Virus record (IMG/VR): IMGVR_UViG_3300010347_003561
Location: 35,893-99,892 of that record
DNA length: 64,000 bases
Direction: 5' to 3' (one strand)
Origin: a virus
Lineage: Duplodnaviria > Caudoviricetes
Positions 56,924-64,000 of this stretch are shown here, one piece after another. Under the pieces are notes generated by a model, which saw only the letters and a list, made by a program, of their open reading frames with translations, was not told where the DNA came from and did no database searches. Position 1 is the first letter of the stretch, and each line of letters opens with the position of its first letter. The position numbers and the translations under genes are program-made.

Positions 56924-57217
56924 TTACTTAAGCATCGGAATGGTTTCTTCGTATCGAACGACATCCGACGGACCTTTACCTACGCGAGAGAGTATGTATG
57001 AGATTAACTTTTTACCCTCGTCGTACTCACTGACGAATTCTAGTACCTGCCATGTACCGTGAAATTCCGCAACGATCATGTATCCATCGAAATATTTTTG
57101 CTTTTCGCTCTCGGGAAGTTTGATAGACGCCATAGTGTTCTCACTAGAAGACACGATAAGCGAATTGACGTTAGACAGGTTGTGGGCATCGCCCATAGAG
57201 TTTATGTACCAGGGCAT
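56924..57217 (-). CDS. hypothetical protein
   Basis: GGAGG RBS on minus strand. Confidence 0.65.
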   Translation of the reverse strand: MPWYINSMGDAHNLSNVNSLIVSSSENTMASIKLPESEKQKYFDGYMIVAEFHGTWQVLEFVSEYDEGKKLISYILSRVGKGPSDVVRYEETIPMLK

Positions 57218-57486
57218 ATTTCCTTCCTCCCTACGAATGGATATCTCATTTCGGCGACTATTTTGTCGAACACTTCGTCTCGCCTTTCGAGACTGCTGTA
57301 GCTCAACCTTATTCGACTGCTTGCGCCACCGGTGTAAATATCGAGCGCCTTTGCCTCAAACGCTTCTGCTGATACATAATAGACGTCGTTGCTCTTGGCA
57401 ATGTAGTTGATTTTGTCTATGCTAACGGCATATTCTGCGTCGGAAAAATCGTCTTTCAGTATCACTACTCCCAACTCGTTCAGCAT
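57202..57486 (-). CDS. hypothetical protein
   Basis: GGAGGT RBS on minus strand. Confidence 0.65.
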   Translation of the reverse strand: MLNELGVVILKDDFSDAEYAVSIDKINYIAKSNDVYYVSAEAFEAKALDIYTGGASSRIRLSYSSLERRDEVFDKIVAEMRYPFVGRKEICPGT

Positions 57487-57786
57487 TCAACGTACCTCCA
57501 CGTTCTGAAAGTCGAACTGCCTCTCTTCGCCGGAATACAATTCGTCGTGATTGTTAAGCATTTCGTTGTGCAAATACACGTTGAACCTCGACATATCTTC
57601 TAACCACTTGTGGGTGATAACCAGTACGCGAACGTCGAGCAATCCGATCTCGGTAAAATGTCTTTGCCGGTCGTCCGCGCTCTTACTCTCGTAGCTCCTG
57701 ACCATGGCTATCTTCGATATAGGAATAACGAAATGTTGACCGCCGCCAGCAAACCTCAAAATATTTTCTCTCTTCAACACAATCAA
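57487..57786 (-). CDS. hypothetical protein
   Basis: AGGAGGT RBS on minus strand. Confidence 0.65.
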   Translation of the reverse strand: MIVLKRENILRFAGGGQHFVIPISKIAMVRSYESKSADDRQRHFTEIGLLDVRVLVITHKWLEDMSRFNVYLHNEMLNNHDELYSGEERQFDFQNVEVR

Positions 57787-57877
57787 CCTCCTAGATACTG
57801 TTTTAACAACGAAGAAATCGGATAAATTTATGTTTCCTGCGCAGATGTACTATTCGAACAAGAAGGGAGTGAGGAGC

Positions 57878-58276
57878 ATGCGAGAAACAAAGGTGTATTG
57901 CGATAAGTGCTACAGCGAAATTGAAGAGAATGCGAAGCACGTCCTGACAATAGGAGACAAAACGTACGAATTTTGCAGCGATACATGCCTCTCGCTGTAC
58001 TTGAGAGAATTCCAACGAGACCTTCTCGCAGAATTGGCACAGGCATTGGAGTCGGAACGACAGAACAATCTTTGCAAGCACATGGAATTCGCGGTGAAGA
58101 TTAAAGAACTGGAAGAACGAATTAAACGCCTAGAATCGAACAACATCGTCCCGCTGGTTATAAACCCAAACGACTTGCCATCTTATGTTACCTATCCAGG
58201 AACCGCGGACAAAGACTGGCAGAGCCCTGTGGTCACCTGCGACGGGATCGAACGAATCGTAAGTACAAACATGTAG
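57878..58276 (+). CDS. TRASH/YHS-like zinc-binding protein with coiled coil
   Basis: CDKC...KTYEFCSDTC. Confidence 0.65.
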   Translation: MRETKVYCDKCYSEIEENAKHVLTIGDKTYEFCSDTCLSLYLREFQRDLLAELAQALESERQNNLCKHMEFAVKIKELEERIKRLESNNIVPLVINPNDLPSYVTYPGTADKDWQSPVVTCDGIERIVSTNM

Positions 58277-58304
58277 AAAAGCCGCCGAAAGGCGGTTTTC
58301 TTTT
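58277..58304 (+). terminator. intrinsic terminator
   Basis: AAAAGCCGCC-GAAA-GGCGGTTTT. Confidence 0.8.
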
Positions 58305-58316
58305 ATTCTATTTTTT

Positions 58317-58435
58317 AGAATGTTCTGATCGGTAGAACTTTCTGATTTGTAGAATATTCTTATTTGTAGAACATTCTATATTAAAGCATGTTCTACATTT
58401 TAGTATGTTCTATTATTTAGAATGTTCTATGTTTT
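58317..58435. repeat. 7 x 17-bp array with AGAANNTTCT core (parS/operator/iteron-like)
   Basis: AGAATGTTCT, AGAACTTTCT, AGAATATTCT, AGAACATTCT, AGCATGTTCT, AGTATGTTCT, AGAATGTTCT at exact 17-bp period. Confidence 0.85.
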
Positions 58436-58584
58436 ATAACTTCGTTCAACCTGCTTCGCCGGCTGCGTTTCCGTAGATATATCGCCGCTTAGAGAACGTC
58501 CGATGTTATCTATATACGATATTAGCGATTTATTCGTGTTCTATGCTATACTCTCGCTGTGGCATTTTCGCGGCGAAGGGGGTT

Positions 58585-59367
58585 ATGGAAATGGCTATAA
58601 TTTCAGTCTCGAACTTCAAAGGAGGCGTAGGAAAAACAACGCTGTGCGGCCTTTTAGGTCTCGAGATGGCAGCTAAGGGGTATTCCGTTCTCTTCATCGA
58701 CACAGATCCGCAGGCGAACCTGACCGAGACCCTTGCTTACGGGAGTAGAATGCAAGAGGGTATACGCAGTATCCTGACGAAGAAGGTTCTTCTCGACGAC
58801 CTCATCGTCGGAATACCCGAGATAAAAAATCTGTTCATTATTCCATCTACCGATATACTGCTTGCCGTGGAGGAATCGTATGCGTTTGCAGACAAGCCGT
58901 ACGATTATCTCTCGAAGCTCATAGCTCAATCGGCGATTATGAACGACTTCGACTACATCATACTCGACTATGCCCCGTCCGTTTCATACATGTTTGTGTC
59001 TGGACTGTTGGCATCTACACACATAATAGTACCGTTAGACCCATCGATGCACTCGTGGCAGGGTATCGTGGGTTTCAACGAGCTGATGAACCATTACGGG
59101 ATAGCGGGCAAACAGCTCAAGTTCCTTGCTAGCATGATAAACAGGACAGTTACCGAAGACATGGACATGGCGAAGAGAATCACGACGAGAAACGATGCGT
59201 TCAAGACGATCATTCCGAGGTTGAAAGTTTATCCACGTGCCTTCTTCGCCAGGCAAGCCGTTTCGACGTTCGCTCCCGAGAGAAGAAAAGAGAGGCAGCG
59301 GGGCTTCCCTACCGCCATCGAAGAATGGGAATCGTTCATTCAGGAATTCGAGGAGTGGACGAAATGA
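58585..59367 (+). CDS. parA: ParA/Soj partition ATPase
   Basis: NFKGGVGKTT, IDTDPQANLT, DYIILDYAP. Confidence 0.92.
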   Translation: MEMAIISVSNFKGGVGKTTLCGLLGLEMAAKGYSVLFIDTDPQANLTETLAYGSRMQEGIRSILTKKVLLDDLIVGIPEIKNLFIIPSTDILLAVEESYAFADKPYDYLSKLIAQSAIMNDFDYIILDYAPSVSYMFVSGLLASTHIIVPLDPSMHSWQGIVGFNELMNHYGIAGKQLKFLASMINRTVTEDMDMAKRITTRNDAFKTIIPRLKVYPRAFFARQAVSTFAPERRKERQRGFPTAIEEWESFIQEFEEWTK

Positions 59368-60167
59368 GCAAGAAACACGCATCAATCATCGAACAGATGC
59401 ACAAAAAGATAGACGATGTGGAGCAGAGACTCGACGAACTGAAAGGCGAAGTCAAGAAGACACAAATAGAATACTCGTTCAAATCCAATTTCTCGCGCGT
59501 ACCCTCAGACTTGATAACCATAATCATGCGCCACGATGTACCGACGGCTACGATGCGAGGATACCTTTATCTCTATTCGCTCGCTTATGGACTTAAACCG
59601 TACGAAGAAAACCCTCCGACAGGAATAACTCCATTTGTGAACAAAAACATGATATCGAAAGCGACCGGCATTACCCTGAACAATATTCAAGCTGTAATGG
59701 ACGGCCTGTTTGAAAACGAAATGATAGAGGAATTCGAAAGATTTCCGTTGAAAGGCGGGGGCAGATCGGTACGAAAGATACGATACGTCGTTCACGTGCC
59801 GATTATATCGAATGGCAATATCGAGTGGGTTCACCCTTCGAAAGCCTGGTACATGGAATCGAAAGAAGTTCAAACCGACGACGTCAAACGGCAGGAAACC
59901 AACACGATAAAACCGAAACGTTCTGCTTTCGACGATATCTTCGGCCACACCTTACTCCATATCCTCGACAGAGTCAATACCACAACGAGGGAGAAGAACG
60001 GACCAAACCTCAACCTCGGACAGATAAAGACGGTTATCTCGGAAATGGCCGGCTCGGAAGACAACCTACGCACATATCTGGATTTAATGAAAATAAGAAC
60101 CTACGACGAATTCATCTCGGCAGTCGCCGCTCGCTGCATGAAAAAGTACGCAAACAGTCCCGTTTGA
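59364..60167 (+). CDS. wHTH protein, putative replication initiator or centromere-binding protein
   Basis: ATGA-coupled to parA; N-terminal coiled coil; NMISKATGITLNNIQAVMDGLFENEMIE wHTH; flanked by repeat arrays. Confidence 0.55.
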   Translation: MSKKHASIIEQMHKKIDDVEQRLDELKGEVKKTQIEYSFKSNFSRVPSDLITIIMRHDVPTATMRGYLYLYSLAYGLKPYEENPPTGITPFVNKNMISKATGITLNNIQAVMDGLFENEMIEEFERFPLKGGGRSVRKIRYVVHVPIISNGNIEWVHPSKAWYMESKEVQTDDVKRQETNTIKPKRSAFDDIFGHTLLHILDRVNTTTREKNGPNLNLGQIKTVISEMAGSEDNLRTYLDLMKIRTYDEFISAVAARCMKKYANSPV

Positions 60168-60365
60168 AACTTCTATATTTCAGAACATTCTAATCCATAG
60201 AAGTTCTATATTTCAGAACATTCTGATTTATAGAAGTTCTTTTTTATAGAACATTCTGATTTATAGAACTACTATTTTATAGAACATTCTGATCCATAGA
60301 AGTTCTTTTTTATAGAACATTGCTCAGAAAGTTCTATAAATTAGTTCTTTTTTATAGAACATTGG
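60166..60365. repeat. about 5-6 x 33-bp iteron-like array
   Basis: Unit AGAAGTTCT-(7 nt)-AGAACATTCT-(7 nt), e.g. AGAAGTTCTATATTTCAGAACATTCTGATTTAT; last copies degenerate. Confidence 0.85.
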
Positions 60366-60460
60366 AACGATTCTAATTATCGTCGATCTCGCAGATTTCG
60401 AAAGCTTTTTCGACGACTGGCATGGCTTTGCAAAGATCTCTAACTATGTTTATAACGATA

Positions 60461-60487
60461 TAAGATCTTTAAGATCTTAAGATCTTA
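60461..60487. repeat. 3 x AAGATCTT AT-rich tandem (possible unwinding element)
   Basis: TAAGATCTTTAAGATCTTAAGATCTTA. Confidence 0.6.
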
Positions 60488-60540
60488 GGGAACGATGAAT
60501 TTTTCGTTCGAAGTTATTCCTTCGATGAGGAGGGAATAAC

Positions 60541-60978
60541 TTGGAAAACTTAATCAACAACAAGTTTCTTCTTTTAACCTACATCGCGTTGGCAATAAAC
60601 TTCGCAGTTTCCGCATTCATGTTGACAAACGACCCGATACTAATAACGACGGAAAAGATCTATTCGATAGCCGGGGAAGCCGGAGCTATTTCGTGTGGAC
60701 CCATAATAGTAGTCAAAGAAAACCACAAAGACGACTACGAATACCTTCGACATGAGTACCAGCATTACTGCAACCAGGCAGTTTTAACCCCGATAGGTCA
60801 TTTTATGATCTACGTGTTCGGGGCATTCGAAGGATTTGTGAGATACGGAAACTGGAAAATGGCGTACGCAAACAATCCGCTTGAACGCGACGCATTCGAC
60901 AAGCAAAACGACGGGATCGAGTTCAAAGTATTCGACTGGAACCTGAAGCAAAAAAAGACGATAACAAACGGGAGGTAA
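60541..60978 (+). CDS. membrane-anchored HExxH protein (DUF4157-like)
   Basis: N-terminal TM; LRHEYQH...Q; Y..NPLERDA. Confidence 0.6.
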   Translation: MENLINNKFLLLTYIALAINFAVSAFMLTNDPILITTEKIYSIAGEAGAISCGPIIVVKENHKDDYEYLRHEYQHYCNQAVLTPIGHFMIYVFGAFEGFVRYGNWKMAYANNPLERDAFDKQNDGIEFKVFDWNLKQKKTITNGR

Positions 60979-60985
60979 TGTTCAA

Positions 60986-61618
60986 ATGCGCAAGCTCGTA
61001 ACGTTCTTAGTAGTCTTCGTACTGGTAGTGTCGGTTTTCTCTGTAACCATAGCTCCGTCCTTTACATACAGAAGCGACGGAGAACACCTGGCTGAATTGG
61101 CTGTCGGCCTTGGCCTCGATGCCCTGACGCTCGATATCGTCGGAGAATACCTGATAAAAGACAACACTCTTGGCATAGACGCTATAGCCAAGATGAGCAG
61201 GGAACTCGGCGATCTTAAAGTCGGAATCTTCATAGACACGCCGCTCAGCTCGTTCGCCACTCCTACGCTAGGATTCCACTACAAATCCGCCGCGATAGGA
61301 CCGGAATACTTCAAACTGTTCGCAGAGCTGGGAACAGGTCATTATACAGATGCTAAGTTCGGCATCGACCTACTCGGCGATTTCATTGCGAATCAGAAAG
61401 ATGTGTCCGGCGTAGTGAAGCTCGGTTCGGAGTTCGAATTGGCAAAGCTGGAATTCGACGCATTTGTCGGCGCTGGATATTATCTGCTCGACGAGACTTA
61501 CAGCGTATATGCGAATGTTGAGACGAAGCTGTTCGATTTCCTCGACGTAGCCGCGAAATTCGATATCGTTCCGGTGTTTGCCTTCAGCGTGAAAGCTTCA
61601 ACAATAATCGAATTTTAG
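60986..61618 (+). CDS. secreted protein, probable outer-membrane beta-barrel
   Basis: Signal peptide MRKLVTFLVVFVLVVSVFS; alternating amphipathic strands; C-terminal Phe. Confidence 0.6.
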   Translation: MRKLVTFLVVFVLVVSVFSVTIAPSFTYRSDGEHLAELAVGLGLDALTLDIVGEYLIKDNTLGIDAIAKMSRELGDLKVGIFIDTPLSSFATPTLGFHYKSAAIGPEYFKLFAELGTGHYTDAKFGIDLLGDFIANQKDVSGVVKLGSEFELAKLEFDAFVGAGYYLLDETYSVYANVETKLFDFLDVAAKFDIVPVFAFSVKASTIIEF

Positions 61619-61630
61619 AGAGAAATTAAG

Positions 61631-61654
61631 AGCGGGCCGAAAGGCCCGTTTTTT
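61631..61654 (+). terminator. intrinsic terminator
   Basis: AGCGGGCC-GAAA-GGCCCGTT TTTT. Confidence 0.85.
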
Positions 61655-61701
61655 ATTGGCAGAACTTTCTGCTATTATCTGGTCAAAAGGGAGGGGCCAA
61701 A

Positions 61702-62346
61702 GTGAAGGAAAAGCACAGCAAAACTAGATACTGCCTTGTCGTTATAAACGGCGACGATACACTGTTCGAACTCGACGGAAGCGTAAAGCTGCCGAAAAGA
61801 GACTTCGATTCTCTCGACGATATAGGAACGTGCGTAAGTAAGATAACCAACGATTTCGCCGCCGACGGACTTGTGATGTCGGATATAGAACTCGTCGGCA
61901 CGATCCGCATGAACGACGAGAACGATGAAATAACCGAATTGAAATTGCTCGTCCCGATCAAATACGAGCTCACAGGCACGCAGCGATTCTCGTTTGGGCC
62001 ATTATTCGTCGCAAGCGAAGAAGACAAGCAAATCCACGAAACGGCGAAAGCAAATTTCATGGGCGATATGCCGTACATAAAATTTCGGCGGCTGTTGGCA
62101 GGAACAAGCGCAAATTACTGCGTATTTTACGGTTTGAACGCAGTTTCTATCAGGAAGGACAAATGCACCGTAAAATACTTTTTCGATCCATTCTCGGGCA
62201 ATATGGAGCTAATCAGGATAGTTTACGCCGACTCTTCCAGGAAAGAGATCAACCTGAAAACACGAAAGACCAGAATCTTGAATCCAGACATTCTAATGCA
62301 GATAAAGATGCAGACCAATCCGATCGAAGAAGAAGAGTTCGATTGA
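61702..62346 (+). CDS. hypothetical protein
   Basis: GGAGG RBS, GTG start. Confidence 0.65.
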   Translation: MKEKHSKTRYCLVVINGDDTLFELDGSVKLPKRDFDSLDDIGTCVSKITNDFAADGLVMSDIELVGTIRMNDENDEITELKLLVPIKYELTGTQRFSFGPLFVASEEDKQIHETAKANFMGDMPYIKFRRLLAGTSANYCVFYGLNAVSIRKDKCTVKYFFDPFSGNMELIRIVYADSSRKEINLKTRKTRILNPDILMQIKMQTNPIEEEEFD

Positions 62347-62422
62347 ACCGTTCCGAATTTTATAGACCGCTGTCACATTCATAATACTGACGGCGGTTTA
62401 TTTTTTGAAGGAGCGTGATGAC

Positions 62423-62722
62423 ATGTCAAGGTTTGGAATATTGAAATTACCGTCGTACGAAGAGAGCCGGGTTAAAGAAATCGACGTGATTATTCCGCAT
62501 ATAACTGCGATTACGACTGTGAAAGAGGAATCGGGAGCTTTTTGTTTTGAGCTGATCGGCGCAAGTAGATACGCAGTCTGCTTTTCGACGAAAAAGGAAG
62601 CAGTCGAATTGAGGGAAAACATGCTCGACACAATATCCGACTTCATGAGGGCGCTAGCCACAGGCAAGTTGTGCGATACACTTCCGAAGACGATCCTCGA
62701 CGACTTAAGAGGTAAAGCATGA
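62423..62722 (+). CDS. hypothetical protein
   Basis: AAGGAG RBS. Confidence 0.65.
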   Translation: MSRFGILKLPSYEESRVKEIDVIIPHITAITTVKEESGAFCFELIGASRYAVCFSTKKEAVELRENMLDTISDFMRALATGKLCDTLPKTILDDLRGKA

Positions 62723-63519
62723 TAGGGTTCATGACTTACAAAGACACGAAGATGGGCGAAGAGTTCGTCGAATACGGAAAGGGTTACGTAATAACTCCGT
62801 GCTACGAAGGCCCGAGATGCCGTATAATATTCGATTCCGGCTTTTCTATATATTCGCAGAGCGGACGCCGGCTAGAAAAACTCGAAGAGGCCTGGAAAGA
62901 AACGCTGTCCAGAATACCCGTGATTACTCCGTTCTTTCTCGAAGGCGAATTGATGACGGCTAACGAGGAGGAACCTTTCACCGCCGGCAACTCATTGATT
63001 TACATAACCGATTATGTGTCGTCCCCGTCGATCCCATATTACCAGAGATCCCTCCAGCGGAAAACCTTCTTCTTGAAAAACGAAGAAGTGCTTCGAGACT
63101 CGGCCGTCCGCAACACCTCGGAAGGATACGAAGTGATAATCAATCAGCACACAGTGATGATGTGCCTGGAATCCTTCTACCGGCTTGGCCACGACTCGAT
63201 AGTTCTTCGCAACACTTCAGCCCCCTACATCGAAGGACCTTCAGACGGACTGCTCTTAGTAAAAGACCACGACAGATTCAACCTGCGCATAAAGGAAATC
63301 GAAGCCAAAGACAATGTGTTAACAAGTCTGATAGTTGAAGATAAGGACGGGAAAGTATTCAGCGCGTTTGTAAATAAAGATTACGAACTGTACAACGAAA
63401 TAATCTTCGATTCGAAGAATTTCGTCGGAAAAACCGTCGTAGCTCGTCGTGAAAATAATGCGTTTGAATTATTGACCGTAAAGTTTGTAACCAGAAAAGT
63501 TGATAGAATAAAGGAGTAA
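62719..63519 (+). CDS. ATP-dependent DNA ligase-like protein with degenerate active site
   Basis: PCYEGPR (motif I normally KxDGxR), YSQSG, LEGEL, YITD, IVLRN..APY..G.S..LL.VK. Confidence 0.6.
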   Translation: MIGFMTYKDTKMGEEFVEYGKGYVITPCYEGPRCRIIFDSGFSIYSQSGRRLEKLEEAWKETLSRIPVITPFFLEGELMTANEEEPFTAGNSLIYITDYVSSPSIPYYQRSLQRKTFFLKNEEVLRDSAVRNTSEGYEVIINQHTVMMCLESFYRLGHDSIVLRNTSAPYIEGPSDGLLLVKDHDRFNLRIKEIEAKDNVLTSLIVEDKDGKVFSAFVNKDYELYNEIIFDSKNFVGKTVVARRENNAFELLTVKFVTRKVDRIKE

Positions 63520-63526
63520 TTCACTC

Positions 63527-63904
63527 ATGCCGGAAAACAAAATTGCAGAAAAGCTTTTTGGAATACTGGAAGAAATAGACTGTTGCACGAAAGAACAGCA
63601 AGATTTGTTTTACAGTTTCTTAGAGAACCAATTGGAATTGACCAAAATATTTATCTCTAAGCAACTGGATTATGGTCCAGGTAACATAGCTAAATTCGGC
63701 GAGATCGGTACGATAATTCGAATGAACGATAAATTCGAAAGATTGATGAATTTGACATTGCATGGTTCGGAAGCGAAGAACGAATCGATCGAAGATACTT
63801 ATAAAGACATATCCGTATATGCGATCATAGCGCTTCTTTGCAGAGTCGGCGCTTGGCCTGGAGCACGTAAACTGCTTATTCGAAGTTGCGAAGAAGCGGC
63901 TTAA
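63527..63904 (+). CDS. DUF1599 / nucleotide-modification-associated domain 1 protein
   Basis: KQLDYG...IRMNDKFERL...ESIEDTYKDISVYAII. Confidence 0.8.
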   Translation: MPENKIAEKLFGILEEIDCCTKEQQDLFYSFLENQLELTKIFISKQLDYGPGNIAKFGEIGTIIRMNDKFERLMNLTLHGSEAKNESIEDTYKDISVYAIIALLCRVGAWPGARKLLIRSCEEAA

Positions 63905-63919
63905 ATACCAAACGAACGG

Positions 63920-63951
63920 AAGCTCCCGCTGAAAGGGAGCTTTATTTTTTT
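63920..63951 (+). terminator. intrinsic terminator
   Basis: AAGCTCCC-GCTGAAA-GGGAGCTT followed by T-run. Confidence 0.75.
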
Positions 63952-64000
63952 ATTTACACAATATTGCGATCGCAAGATCCACCGCATTTAGAGACCGTAT

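Noticed and set aside
60166-60365. CRISPR array
   Set aside because: Tandem 33-bp units with no unique spacers; iteron/parS-like instead.

Overview
This is a gene-dense, almost entirely plus-strand stretch of a large phage or phage-plasmid genome. It covers early/accessory, replication, recombination and nucleotide-metabolism genes; no virion structural genes are visible. Recognisable genes: CCA-adding enzyme, two (possibly three) beta-clamp-like proteins, an MvaI/BcnI-type restriction-modification pair plus two orphan methyltransferases, ArdC-like protein, DUF5131, Ro60/TROVE, SSB, lytic transglycosylase, RadC/JAB, ThyX, RecD2, UvrD-like helicase, RecA, DnaG primase, RuvC, Cas4-like nuclease, NrdD/NrdG, tyrosine recombinase, and ParA plus a Rep-like protein flanked by repeat arrays. 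Three RNA features stand out. (1) A tandem array of four Y-RNA-like units directly follows the Ro60 gene; they share a covarying scaffold but carry different inserts, two of which are circularly permuted tRNA mimics that keep an anticodon-like arm. (2) A 341-bp IscB-less omegaRNA/HEARO element sits exactly at a reconstructable stop/start overlap, next to an ATGA(AA) TAM-like motif. (3) Several atypical tRNA-like elements lie at 21-22 kb. The host is inferred only loosely as an anaerobic, probably diderm bacterium. All family calls come from motif recognition by eye; no database searches were run.
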